A stretch of DNA of 64,000 bases from Pavona decussata (lineage: Eukaryota): contig CDRNST010000036.1 in assembly GCA_977016875.1 (NCBI GenBank), positions 2,480,001 to 2,544,000 on the forward strand, written 5' to 3'. Positions 1-12,250 of the stretch are shown here, piece by piece. Each line of letters begins with the position of its first letter. Positions within the stretch are counted from its first letter, which is position 1. The notes beneath the pieces were generated by a model, which saw only the letters and a list, made by a program, of their open reading frames with translations, was not told where the DNA came from and ran no database searches. Position numbers and translations under genes: made by a program.

Positions 1-1298
1 CGAAATAATCACTTCATTTTCGTTTAAATGAAACGGGAAACCAATCCAATATTCCGATTGATAAGCAAAGAAAAAAAAAAAAGGAATGTGGCCGTTGAAT
101 AATTTAATTGCATTATTCTGTTATCCTCTAGTCATTAAGTTCATGGGATGCTTAAGTAAAAACAAATTATAGTAATGAAAAACAAAAAAACCCTCAAATA
201 TTGGCATCAAAGTACCGGACATGGAATTTCGAGCCTTTTGTGTAGTATTTCACATTTTCAACGTGTTCTTTTTTCCTTTTTTGTTCTAGTTTTGCACCTG
301 CATATGCCGGCCTTCGGATGTAGTGAGGGCGTGTAAATGTCCGTTATCGCTAGAAAGAGAGCAGGACAATCGGGCTACTTTATTCGAAAATCAACCCCCC
401 TCCCCCCACCCTACCCCGCTGTCCGTCCTGCTGCCTCGCAACCACACAACCAACTGCTGCCTCGCCCCAGTTCTTCTCACTTCCTTCAGTCAAGCCAGCA
501 AACTGAATGTTGCAGGCCGAAGGTATGGTAGATTTTTGTGTGTTTCTTTCTTAAATTCCGGAATTAGGGCCAAGCAATTGCAACGAAAATTTATGGGAAG
601 TAGTGTTAGCGTTTCCTATGGAGCATACAACGGGGAAACCATGTTTTGTGACTTTTTATCGCTTCAGTACGTACATTCGATAAATCACCACCTTTGCGTG
701 CATGCTACAATCTTGCGGCGCTCAAGCTTAGGTAAAAGAAGAAATTTTGGTTTTTTGAATTTGTGAAGTTGTATTTTGTTTTAAAACTAAACCTTTTCCC
801 CAGTTTCTTGTATTATTGCATTGCATTATGATCCTATTTCATGTCAGGTTTGTAATTCTTTACAGATTCCAAACCGGCGGTGCATGCTCCAGGCTCAAGT
901 TTTCATTGCAGTACTCCAGAAACACAACACAACAAAGGTGCGTGGATCATTTCTTAAATGTGTAAAATTTTACAGTACACGCAGTCTTTTCTTTACTGCA
1001 GATTTGCCTCATGTCTTCCATATTATAATTAGTCGAGTAAAGTAAAAAGTATGAGTGAGTGAAGTTTCGAGATGTCGCGCCTTTATGGGTCGGCTGTCAC
1101 TAGTAAAACCCATTTTTCTCTTAATTTTCTCACTGGCTTACTCACCACTGACATTGAACCAGTCTTTGCCACACCATACCAATGCTCGAGCCAGACATAT
1201 TGATTTTGCTCGGTAACGAAACAAAAGTCAATCAAGGAGCGTGTGCCATCCCGGGGATTATGCTTGAATGAATATATCCTCGTAAAATATTGCGGTAT

Positions 1299-1817
1299 AG
1301 GCCTTATCACGGTTTTCGACGCCATTTTGACGGGTAGGCAAACAGGTTTGAAATAACAGTGTTTGTATGGAAATCCGATGTCAAATAATTTTCATAAAAC
1401 ATCGCATCTGAAAAATTCATGAATTGGAAACTTTTGGCACTAGGAAAAGGATTTAAATAAAAAAATGTGGGGAGGGGTGTAATTGTACTAGAAAGCGTAC
1501 AGTCGTGTTTTGAATTTTCCATACATTTCCCTGTATTTTTTCCCGCGAACTATTTTTAGAAGCAGTTTACGGCGGTTCGCTATACAGACAAATGTATGAA
1601 AAGTTCAAAACACGACTGGACGTTTACTGGCACAGCTACATCCCTCCAATTTCTTTTCTTAAAATCCTTTTCCTAGTGCCAAAATTTTCCAATTCATAAA
1701 TTTTTCAGAAGCGATGTTTTATCAAAAATATTTGACATCGGATTTCCATACAAACACTGTTATTTCAAGCCTGTTTGCCTACCCGTCAAAATGGCGTCAA
1801 AAACCGTGATAAGGCCT
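1299..1817. mobile_element. Foldback MITE, palindromic over almost its whole ~520 bp, AT TSD (ISL2EU/PHIS-like termini)
   Basis: AT|AGGCCTTATCACGGTTTT...AAAACCGTGATAAGGCCT|AT; the arms are reverse-complementary for >200 bp. Confidence 0.85.
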
Positions 1818-2434
1818 ATTTATTCCAGCACTTGTAATAACGGCCTTTAATACTCAAAATACATGCTTATTGTGCTCGAATTCGACTCAGTATTCTGAGG
1901 TCAACCCTCCAAGTCAAAGTTTTCCAGTTAGTGGCCATTTGGCAACTAAGTCTTTTGTTTTAGTTGCCAAGGGAAATTTTGAGTGGTCAGAATATATCAA
2001 TAATTAATAGTTAATAATAATTATTAATTTTTTTTGCAAAGTTAATAATAAATAATACCTATTTGAAATGCTGAATTTGGGGTTTTAGCTCCCTTGAGAA
2101 ACAATCTGGCTTACAACAATTCCGTCAATAAAATTTTATGCCTCTTTTATTGCAAAATGAAGTATCATTTAGGTATTTCAAGTAAGTCATATCACTTTGT
2201 GTTAAGTTTGATTCAAGATTTAACAGGTCTTCTTCAATTGTGTTAGGCATCATGAAAGACTACAAATTTGCAAAGAAAAACTTTTTGATTCTATTAAAAC
2301 TGCCAAAAGTCTCAGTACAGCTGGTGAGCAACAACTGATGGGTAAAAACCATGTGCACATGAAAATTGAGTTCGTGGTTTTAAATGGCTTTAAGGCAGCC
2401 ATGAAAAGTTATTTCCTGAGGGAACGTCTGAAAG

Positions 2435-2711
2435 GGGTAGCACTAATCTGCGGAACTGCAGACCGCGGAACCGCGGAACCTGCGGAACCCGTGGAACCTG
2501 CAGAACCTAGAGAAATAACTAGTTTTTTTTCTTTTGCCACTTACATACCAGGTATAAGGTTACAGCTGATTTCATTGCTGTGTATAAACCCGGATTTTGT
2601 TTATTTTTTAACATGATTTGACCAAGAGAAAATGATGATTTTCTCCTGATTCTGCGGGTTCCGCAGGTTCCGCGGTTCCGCGGTCTGCAGTTCCGCAGAT
2701 TAGTGCTACCC
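2435..2711. mobile_element. Mutator-like MITE with 9-bp TSD
   Basis: TIR GGGTAGCACTAATCTGCGGAACTGCAGACCGCGGAACC; TSD GTCTGAAAG at 2426-2434 and 2712-2720; subterminal 9-mer GCGGAACC repeats. Confidence 0.9.
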
Positions 2712-3639
2712 GTCTGAAAGAAAAACTTGCGAAAAGAAAATGTTGAGAGTGGGCATTACATCAAGTTTGAATTTTATCACTTTTGTTGACAAACTGCTGA
2801 ATATCTCAGCATGCAAACAATAACCCAGGAGATAAATTTTATATCTGCTACATCAGAGTTAAAAAACAAACAATTTTCTCACAAGGGTTTTGTCTGTAAA
2901 TAGTATCGTCCTTTTATTTAAAACGACATGTTTCGTTTTGTAGATGGTTTCATTTTACATCGGCGCATATTATAAACATTTGTCATGAACCAGAATCAGT
3001 CGAAGACTTTGCCAGTTTTTTATGTGTCAGGCTTTCAACCCACCACAAAATGACAAAATATTCTGGGTCACATTATCTGTCTGGTAGCAACACATACACT
3101 TTTCTTGTTGTCGCTCAGACAAACAACCAATTCCAAGAATAGATTGCATGATTGCTATCCCTAGCAAGAGAGCAAAGCTCATTACGTGCTAGACAACCAA
3201 ACGGTAATCAGTCATGCAGAAGGAAGATGTTCACTTGGTGCATTTTGCTGCATTTAAATGTCTGTTATACCGTTGGTTTTTTTGTAACCATGTTCAGGTT
3301 GTGGGAGCATTTTTTGTAATCCTACTTTGGTAATGCTGTTGTTATTTTTTCTATCAACTGTATTGTATATCTTTTTGCTTTACTGATTTATTTCTTTACG
3401 TATTGCTCAATTCTGCTAAAAAATGTGGCTTTATGCTGCAGCAGTGCATTCTGCTCCAAATTCTGCTGTCATAATTTATCCAGCCCTACCACAGTTGCTC
3501 ACTCAATAAAACTTTCATACAGGGAGGTTCCACCTTGTGTCTCAAACCCTTATCCTTTCACACATACCCTGGGTACCGTACATTGCCTTTTTACTTGTTT
3601 CAGACAAGGAGCTATACCTCTATTATTTATTCACCTTCT

Positions 3640-3830
3640 CGGGTATATTATGAACTCGCAATATGACCAGTTCCCAGTTGGCTTGATAGATCAATTGGTA
3701 GAGCACTGCACCAGCGCAAGCATTGCAGAGGTCATAGGTTTTCAAATCCCGTTCACGCCTGAATTTTTTTCAGGCTTTCTTTTTGCAACTGCTTAAGTTG
3801 TGTACTAACTGCGAGGATCTTCTATTCAAT
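3640..3830 (+). mobile_element. tRNA-related SINE-like repeat
   Basis: Degenerate tRNA-like head (ggcttgatagatcaattggtagagcactgcacc...ggttttcaaatccc), followed by a gcctgaattttttcaggc hairpin and a caactgcttaagttg palindrome. Confidence 0.7.
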
Positions 3831-5381
3831 ATACCTCTATTGTAATCACTGCCTAAATAAGGAGTGAACTTGCCATGCCCTCAAGGCATTCACAAGCAGA
3901 AATGCCATGATATTTGTTTTTGAGTCTAGTGCACATGTGCTCTTCCTATATACATTTAGTTATGTGCGGTCACTGTCCACACTTCCAAAAGATAGCGATT
4001 CGTCTTGTTGGGAAGAACAAGCCGCGTGTTCGAGTATTGATGAATTTTTACTGATTGATTTGAAAATTAAGGTATGGGATGGAAAATGCTGTATGCGGGT
4101 TAGCTGACGTTCTGGCCTGAATTTGGTGCTGAGTGTAATGATGAATAATAAGGAAAACTTCTAAGGAATAGAGAGTTCACTGCAAAGAAATTACCCTTTG
4201 AGTACAGTTTATTGTATACTTTTTTTTGATTTGATGTATTCCTAACAGTTTTCACAAAATTTTTGAAAACATGCTCCTCACAGGCAACAATTTGCTTCAA
4301 ATTTGACTCACAATTCTTTCAAATCACTTGCCTGCTCTTTGCCTCAAAGCAAAACTTGTACTCGTTCACTTTTTGATGCAAGTTAACACTTATCTAAATA
4401 AATTTTTCATTTAGGAAAGCTTTTTGTCTGTTTTTCTGTGTATTTTCATTGATGAAACATGGTAACTTATCCCTTTCACCATCAGGAGTTTGGAAGCAAA
4501 GGTGCACAGGACACCATGCAGTGGTTATGAAAATGGCAATTTTTTTGTAAAACATGATGTATGTGAAATGTTCATGCTAAGCTGGTACACTTGGCAGACA
4601 TCAAAGCAAATGATAAATTACATCAACTGAAAGGGAAACACCAGACAAACAATTTGTTGATCAGAAACAAAAAGGTTTCATACAAAAAAGCTCAAAATTT
4701 ACTGGAAGCATTGAAACACTCTTTTACTATCACTTGAAATTTGTTTAAACATATTGACATTGCATTTAAGCGAATGTGGTATCCTTGTATCTCCATTGTA
4801 GGCTTTAAACTCTGCCAAAGAGTCAACTGTGGAATGAGCTACCCATGAATCTGAAAGCCAGGGTTCTTGCTTCTAAGAAAAATTATGCTAACTTTCTACT
4901 TGAAAAGCAAAGATCTATTTATCATTTTCAACCATAGAAATGAGTTTGTATAATTACTGTAATCTAATTTTCTAGTGGATCTGTAATAATTATATGCATG
5001 TTTTTATTTTGTTTTCCTTTTTATCTATTTGTACTGATTTTAGTCTTGAGTCCTATATAATGACATAACAAGCTGTGTCTTGCACAATGGTTCTGCAGCT
5101 GAGCATGTTCATTTAGTTAGAGGAGAAAGACACGGCTATCCTTCTTCAGGCATCCTGTTTGTAATTGGCGTAAATGTATAATCCAAATTGGAGGAATTAG
5201 ATTAATCAAGAGGTTTTTCCATTCTGATGGGGTGAATTTCTCCAAGAATTATAAATGGTTTGAAAAGCTGTATCGAACACTGGAAAGAGTGTTCCATCTT
5301 ATTTCCAAACACATTGAAATGAATTACCCCCACTAGATGACATTTCAATGTATGGAAGAATAATTATTACTCAGCACCGTG

Positions 5382-6025
5382 ACAACTTCACATCGATTTA
5401 AGTGTGTACCCACATTTTGTGGGCCTTTAAGTATTCATATATTCATGCTATTATTTAGACTCATTGCCGATTCATCGGTGTTCACATCGAATGTCACTCG
5501 GGAATGTAAGACAACTATAGATCTCGGAAGGCCCTTTGAGGAAATGTGTGACAATTTCCTTTTGTTTATCATCTGAGAACGAACGATAGCTCAGTTTGAT
5601 TCACAAAAAAAAGTTTTTAAAGCTGTCGGACTGCAACTTTTCTTTAATAATCTCTAAACTTTTAAAGTTTATTTTATGCTTATGATCAAGCACGCGCTTA
5701 TCGGAACGATCTCGAATATCAAACGTAAACACGGCTGTTAATACCAAGGATTCAGGATGCTCAGCGTTTGCAGTATTATAAAAAATCCAGGCTTCATTTG
5801 AGTTATTTAAAAAAAAAGTGAAATTCATCAATTCCATTCCTTTGAATTCGCTTTAGGTCCTCATCCAAAAGATCTCACCTTTTTCCAAACGAATGAAACC
5901 GAACTTATTCAACACGTTTTCGGTGGCTCCCGAAGTGAATGCCCAAAGGACTAAAAATGAGCCTTTACAAAATCCAGCGGTTTTTCCCATTTTTGAATGA
6001 CACACTTAAATCGGCGTGAAGTTGT
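5382..6025. mobile_element. Non-autonomous TIR element
   Basis: Inverted termini acaacttcacatcgatttaagtgtgt / acacacttaaatcggcgtgaagttgt; no clear TSD. Confidence 0.6.
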
Positions 6026-6119
6026 AATGCTGTTAAAAACCCTTGTGATTTTTAGCTTGTTGGGAAAATACTGTTACTTTGGTCTTGTCCACTTTGTGAA
6101 GCTACAGTGTGGGTTTTCT

Positions 6120-6680
6120 TGGATATATTGGCTGATCCTACTCAGCGGTGGGGCATTTGCAATTGTCTGAAGAGAAAATGACAAAAGCCCAACAAACACA
6201 CGAGCGAAAGGGGGAAGGGAGGGATGATGTCACACTCTGGAGTAACTGAGGCATTTTGTCTTGTACTGGTACTTGAAACCCTGATCTCACTAAAAAGAGT
6301 TGTGTCAGAATACAGCTATTTTGTAACAAATGGTTTAATTTGTTTGTCTGTTAGGAAACTAGTTGTGGTCACCAACTCTTTGTCCGGGGACGAGAATGGC
6401 GACAAGTGAGTACATTCAATATTCTGTGACTTGCATTGACCTTTCATGTTTTTCCTATCATTGTTGCTGGAATGAGTGTTATTTATGAAAAACAACATTG
6501 TACCCTCACACAACTTATACCAGTTGCAACTTGGATATTTTGGCTAACCCTACCCATTGTGGGGCTTTTGTAATTGTCCAAAGAGAAAGTGACAAATGCA
6601 CAAGGGACGGGGAAGGGAGGGGTGGTGTCACGCTTTGGATTAACTGAGGCATTTTGTTTTGTGGGCATTTGAACCCTGAT
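6120..6680 (+). repeat. Diverged local direct duplication (~160 bp; 6120-6285 vs 6531-6680)
   Basis: Both copies read ttggatat..tggct...gtgggg...aattgtc..aagagaaa.tgacaaa...ggggaagggaggg...tgtcac...taactgaggcattttgt...aaccctgat. Confidence 0.7.
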
Positions 6681-7394
6681 GTTCCCTGAGAATGAGCTGT
6701 ATACTGTTTGCTTTTAGGAGCCTCAGCCTTCTACACAAAGCTTAAGACAACATCTATGTAGCTTTGCTCAAAGTATCCATGAAAACAATATTATTGTGTT
6801 CTTTCCTTGCATCTGATAAATTGTTTTATATTCTACTGCATTTTATCAATGATACTAGCAAATGATAGGAAGTCAGGAGAAGGAATTCTCTTGGATGCCC
6901 TTTATTGATTTGAAAGATTATATGAATACATGAGATTGTTTGAAATTAATGCCTCATAATCATTTGGCTGTGAAAGGTCAAAACCTCTGGCTTTGTCAGT
7001 AGTCTCTTATTTTCCTCTTTCCTTGCTTGTTGCACCTCCTAACAGAAGGTGATTTTTGTGTGCATTTGCATGTTTCATACACTGTGTCAGGGTTCAATCT
7101 ACTGTAGGCTACGTCTTTGCATCATTGAGACTGTAAATTCTATTTTGATGCAAAGTGAAATTATCAAGGTATCATACTGATGCAAAAAAGAAAACAAGTT
7201 AACATAAAAGTACTTTTAAAGCAGTGGGTAATGAACAAGTCAAATAAGCGTGCTTGCTAGTACTTGTTGTGTTAGGCATTCCACTCAATTCAGAGGGAGA
7301 CTGCTTTGCCCATCAATGTTATTCATGTTTCGTTTGTTCGTTGTGAAATTAACATGAAACGACACGAAAGCTAGCATTTTTTACCAAAAGGAGA

Positions 7395-7700
7395 ATGACC
7401 GTTGAACCTCATGAGAATGATCAAGATGGACCTGAGAAGAATGGTGAAACATCAGTAAAGAGTTTGACAAGCATCATTACAAGTCAACTTCATAAACCAA
7501 CAGATTCAACAAATAACACAACTGTAAGAGAATCCTGTCCTGCATGGAAAGGATTGCAATATGACAAACAAAAAGAACTGATGTCATCCTCAATTTGTGT
7601 GAAACACAAAAAGATCATTGCATTTACCAAGGGAGCAAATAACTTTAGATTTTCTACACTTGAACAACACTGTGAAAAGCATGAAGTAAAGTATACTTTG
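7395..7700 (+). pseudogene. Zinc-finger (C17orf113/ZNF862-type) N-terminal fragment of a hAT-like transposase
   Basis: WKGLQYDKQKELMSSSICVKHKKIIAFTKGANNFRFSTLEQH resembles the W-L-Y..M-C..C..F..G..NFR..L..H finger; the first Cys is lost. Confidence 0.55.
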
Positions 7701-8151
7701 GTAATGGTTTGGATGATGTCAGTTTGCCAAAGTTTTAATGTCACAGTTTTACTCAGATGATCTTCGAAATGACCCAATTTATAATGTCATGTAGGGCATA
7801 TCACCCACCTTGACCAACTTCTAGGTTGAACACTACTGTATTATCAATTAATGTTTGGTATGTGTGCTTGAAATGAATGAATCAGATAAAAGTAAAGGTG
7901 ATGTTATCTCTTTCAAAGATAAGAGAGTACTTGTGTTAGGTGGCCTGGCCTGGTGGTTAGGGGCGCCGGACGTGTTATCTGGAGGCCCCAGGTTCAAGTC
8001 CCGCTCCAAGGCAACTCTTTGTAAATAGCCAATTGATTTGCCTCCCGCCTGTTAAGATTTTAAACAAATGTTATGTTTAGTTTGCCTATTTATTTCACTG
8101 GTTTATAGTGTCCCCAGTTAGGGCTACAGTGTTAAATACTTTGACACCTAA

Positions 8152-9152
8152 CCCTTTTACCCCTGATATCAAAGAACAAGTTCTCCTATCTTGTTCTGGT
8201 ACTTTTCTTATAAATGTGCTGGGGAGAAGTTATTAAAAATGTCAAGAAAATTCACCATGGGTGATCATATCCGTAATTCTCATGACCTCAAGGTTTGAAC
8301 AAGCATTGATATTACAACAGGGTCCGAAATTGCGCTTTCCTGGTCGCCAATGCGACTAAAAATTTTGCACTGGTGACCAGAATTTCACAACTGGTCGCCA
8401 GCGGGCGATTAACTATTTCATGCCACGATCATTATACAAACATTAACCTTGATTTTCAGCCAAATCGAGAAAAATGCAATTCAAAGCCGCCCGCCAATTG
8501 GTCACTTACTTTTTACCTTTCCAATGTTTTTGAAGTATAAAACCGATTTTCCTGTTATTATAAATCTATCACAACGTTTCACAGCTCAAGCAGTGCGAAG
8601 CTTCGCCGCCTTCTTTTTTTTCAACGAGAAATGCTGTACGGTTGTGGCCTAGTGTGAGCAATATGGCGATCGGTCGATCGTCTTGACAGAACGCGAAAGG
8701 AAAGATCGTTTTGAACATAGAGCAAAGAACCAAATGACAGTTTTCAATCTGGTACATTTCTTCTCCAACAGGTAGAGACAAGAGAAGGTATATAGTTGAC
8801 TTGAAACATTTGGCAGTCTTATGAAACTGCGTATATAGCGGGCATTCGACTCGTTCGTCGTAGTTTTTCATTGGTAGGTGTACATATCGCCATTGCGGCC
8901 CCAAACGCGTTCTCTTCGTTCTGATTCTTAAAAAAAAATTGGCGACCAGAATTTTCCATCTGGCAACCAAAAATTTTGGTTTGTGTTTCTCTGCGAAGGA
9001 AAAATTTTATTGACACTTTTTGGCGACCACATTTTTCCGTGTGGCGACTGAAAAAAAAGATTCAGTCGCCACTTGGCGCCTGCCTAAAAAAGTTAATTTC
9101 GGACCCTGTACAAGGAGAAATTTGATGATGATCACTGTTAGGGCTTAAAGGG
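8152..9152. mobile_element. piggyBac-type MITE
   Basis: (c)TAA|CCCTTTTACCCCT ... AGGGCTTAAAGGG|TTAA. Confidence 0.75.
8318..9108. mobile_element. hAT5-like MITE with 5-bp TSD
   Basis: TIR CAGGGTCCGAAATT / AATTTCGGACCCTG; TSD TACAA at 8313-8317 and 9109-9113; subterminal TGGTCGCCA/TGGCGACCA repeats. Confidence 0.85.
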
Positions 9153-9612
9153 TTAAATAAAGTCATTTATTTTATTTTTACTTGTAAGCTATGTCTTGGG
9201 GGTTTCTCTCTCCTTTCTTCTCAACTAAAATAAATAAAGTTGCAATAATGTTGCTATTTGGATGTTTAGGGTTGTTAACGATAACACTTGTATGTGAACT
9301 TTGCAGATTGTCTTGCTGGATGAGATGTCTTCTAATCCAACCTAGTTTGTGTGGACATACGAAATGGTAGATTTAAGACTGCACAATTCCTCATACTACG
9401 TATCTTGGAATTTCCATGGTAAGACAAGTTGTATAAAACATAGTAATGTGCCTAAAATGAGTACAGCACAAGTTTCTACACAGACCTTTTCACAAGTGGC
9501 AGCAAAAAAATTATTCTTTTATTTTCATGAAAATTAACCTTACTAGCCTTTGTTAGCATGTTCAAAATTCAATAGCATTTTTACTCAAAAGTGAGGTTAG
9601 TAGGGCTAATTA

Positions 9613-10007
9613 AAGGGACAGTATCACGCTATTTTTAGTAACACATCGAAAATCGGAAAGACGCTATTCGGTTGATAGCAGCCAAGATATAATGACAAAA
9701 TTCCATTAAAAGACTATCAGAATGCAACGAAACTATCCAAGGATATTTTCGCTGGCAGATGACCGAGATAGAGAGGGGTTCAAATTTGAAAACGTCTGGC
9801 AGACTTTTTCAAATTTCGCTGTTGTAACGCACTAAAAATCGCCGGTTGCACTATATTTTGGTTCAAACTTTTGTCTTAAAATCACTATTAATATTTCTTT
9901 AAATTAGCGATTGAGAAATTTATTAACACAGTGTTCAAAGTTTAAATTTAGTGAATTTTGGCCAAATATCATGATATCTCCCATCGATTTCCCATGATAC
10001 TGCCCCT
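9613..10007. mobile_element. Degenerate Kolobok-type MITE
   Basis: TTAA|AGGGACAGTATCA ... TGATACTGCCCCT; the right TTAA has decayed. Confidence 0.6.
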
Positions 10008-10136
10008 AGAATAATGAATTGGCTGCCATTTATGAATAAAGTCTGTAGGACTACATTATAATTTTCTCTTCAATGTTGTTTGTGTTGTAACCGACCTTTT
10101 TTGATGTATTGAAGGTCTTGTTGGGTAATGGAGCCT

Positions 10137-10340
10137 ATGTACCTATTGACTGAGTGCAAGGGGTGGACGGGAAAATATTTCGCTCCAGGTCCGTACATTC
10201 TGACTGAGAGACAAATATTTTACCATCAACCTGACCTAACTCAGTCAATAAGCATTAAATTTTATCATATGACCACTTAGTGTTAACAATTTTGGAAATT
10301 ATGTCTGAACCTAAATAGGATGCAATTGCATACATCATAT
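10137..10340. repeat. Imperfect palindromic repeat, probably a Crypton-associated terminal region
   Basis: tattgactgagt..gggaaaatattt ... aaatattttacc..actcagtcaata; lies 3' of the Crypton relic. Confidence 0.45.
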
Positions 10341-10419
10341 GAACGAGGGTGGGACAAGTACAATACAGATTGTACAACAAAGGCTTGTCCTTTATCTCTT
10401 CACAATTCATCAAAAAATG

Positions 10420-11154
10420 TGACTTATTTTCTCATTTCGGTTATTTTTTTTATAAGTTCAAGTCCCCTATTACAATTTATGTTCTCAGGAAATGTTTAAA
10501 AAATAAATGTGGTTTGTGAAAATGTAAATCTAAGAAGCCATTAGAAGCGGGAAAGTCATTTAATAGTCGTGAAGTCGTTACAATTGCTCCTAACCCTGTC
10601 TGAAAAGCCAACAGAAAGTTGACATAATGATGTATCTTTTTGGAATTCATTTCAAAACTGGTGGTCCAGTAAAACTAAAGAAAATATCATGTTATCAAAC
10701 AGCATGATTTTATATGGAATTTTTGACAATAACATGCACATGTACGCTTTAAACTACACACTCCTTATCGCGAAATTCTCCATATATTGCAAATGCTTAC
10801 AAGATGAAAAATTATGTTTCGACAGTTTTCTGTCACTCTTAATGGCAAAAGTTAATATACAAAGAGAAATTGCTATTCAAAACAACAAACTTACTAAATT
10901 CACTGAAATATATGGAATTTTTTTGTAATTTTTATTTTTTTCTTCAAACACTTTATTTTTGTCGTTACTTGTTTTTTTTTCTTTCCCTTGTAAGTATGAT
11001 AATATACATATGTACCGTACATAAAATCTATTGTAACTTACGTATATACTTCAGAATATCTTGTAAAACGCTACTGTTTATATGTACTTTGTATAGTTTA
11101 CTGTTACTGTTTCTTGTAAATACTAACTCTAATAAAACATTCTAATAAAAAAAA
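10420..11154 (+). mobile_element. 5'-truncated L1/Tx1-clade LINE (ORF2 C-terminus, 3' UTR, poly-A)
   Basis: NYTLLIAKFSIYCKCLQDEKLCFDSFLSLLMAKVNIQREIAIQNNKLTKF resembles the Tx1 ORF2 end; T-rich UTR, then AATAAA and an A-tract at 11131-11154. Confidence 0.75.
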
Positions 11155-11329
11155 GTGATGTCAAAAAATGTCATCAAAAGCTTAGTGAGTGACACAAGTT
11201 TGCTTTACACTTAGCTTCACTGAAATTGTTCACAAATCTTCATCTGAAGACTCTACAAAATGTTGGCTTGTATTGGTCAAGCTCTTGGGTTCTCTTGAAC
11301 AAGGGAGAACCAGCCACTGAATATTAAAA

Positions 11330-12250
11330 ACACTAATGTTGGCTCCTGCAAACAGTGCCTGGGTTTGCTGGCTTTACTGTGTAGTGCAATTTACACAAAC
11401 AGGAACAAGCGAGCTCGTCACTTTGGAAGGCTTTCTTCTCAGTGTGGTGGACCTTGTTGCATTGCTGGATGTAGTTTTGCCACTGAGAATTTTAGACATG
11501 CTTCTTTGTTGGTCATGGGAAGCAACAGCATAACTGTCAAGACTCTTGGGTTTTTGTGGCCGCTTAGCTGAGCAACAATGTTGTGTGATATTCCACTATC
11601 CAGCAGCGTTTTGATGCAAGTTTTGCGACGTGAGTGGTTGGTGATCTTGCTGCTCTTTGAGATCGTTGCACTTTCAGATGCTTGGGAAAAGAACTGGCCT
11701 ATCTTATTTTTTCCACTGGCTTGTCCAGAAACCATATGTGATGTTGCCAGCAATGTAGCCGATAAAAGGACACTGGACATTTCTCAGCACCAGTTGCTAA
11801 GGCCTTTGGGTGAAAAGCCCTGTTTTGCTTATGCTCATGGTTTTTGAGTGCCTCCCTGTAACCCATTCAAGGTACAGAGTTATTAAAAACCACATTGTAT
11901 GGTGGAGAACCTCAGGATAGAGACACCCAAACTGATTATTGGAGAAAATTCTCTTGAATCAGAATCCTCGTTATCTTCGTTTGAGAGGGCCTCCATTGCT
12001 GGATGGTTCCCTTTCCCTTGTTTCCTGAGTTCCCTCCTTTTCGTCTTCAGCACTCCTCTCGATGTCTTGAATTTGTCATCTTTAAGGATGTTAATTTTAT
12101 TCGCTGTCATCTAAGTATCTTTGTATGCTTCTCGAGAAGGAGGAAAGTGTGTTGGGTTCATACTCAGTTTTGCCTCTTCTTCGAATGCTCGTTTTCAGTG
12201 TAGACCAGTTCAGCTATACAATAAGAAGACTAATTTCCCTGCAATGTTAA
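11330..12250 (-). pseudogene. Crypton tyrosine-recombinase (DUF3504/KCTD1-ZMYM-like) relic
   Basis: INILKDDKFKTSRGVLKTKRRELRKQGKGNHP..EALS and GKNKIGQF..KITNHSRRKTCIKTLLDSGISHNIVAQLSGHKN (HxxR...GH); frameshifted. Confidence 0.85.

Larger units (their letters stand above)
290..6405 (+). ncRNA. Possible spliced non-coding/UTR transcript (candidate exons 290-522, 866-937, 6355-6405)
   Basis: Polypyrimidine-AG acceptors (ttttttgttctag| at 289, ttctttacag| at 865, tttgtctgttag| at 6354) pair with donors (gaag|gtatgg, aaag|gtgcgt, caa|gtgagt). No convincing ORF links them. Confidence 0.25.
7938..9180 (+). mobile_element. tRNA-derived SINE whose 3' tail is interrupted by nested MITEs
   Basis: A-box TGGCCTGGTGG and B-box GGTTCAAGTCC, body ttgtaaatagccaattgatttgcctccc; an AT-rich tail resumes after 9156. 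Confidence 0.7.

Noticed and set aside
323-766. 147-aa ORF as a host gene
   Set aside because: GTG start, crosses an apparent splice donor and has no recognisable domain.
2338-2616. ORF with AEPAEPVEP repeats
   Set aside because: Translation of the MITE's 9-bp subterminal repeats.
3670-3760. Functional tRNA genes (also 7938-8010)
   Set aside because: Stems are degenerate and continue into repeat bodies; these are SINE heads.
3020-4470. Possible additional decayed transposase fragments on the minus strand
   Set aside because: Only weak motif hints; I cannot support a family call.
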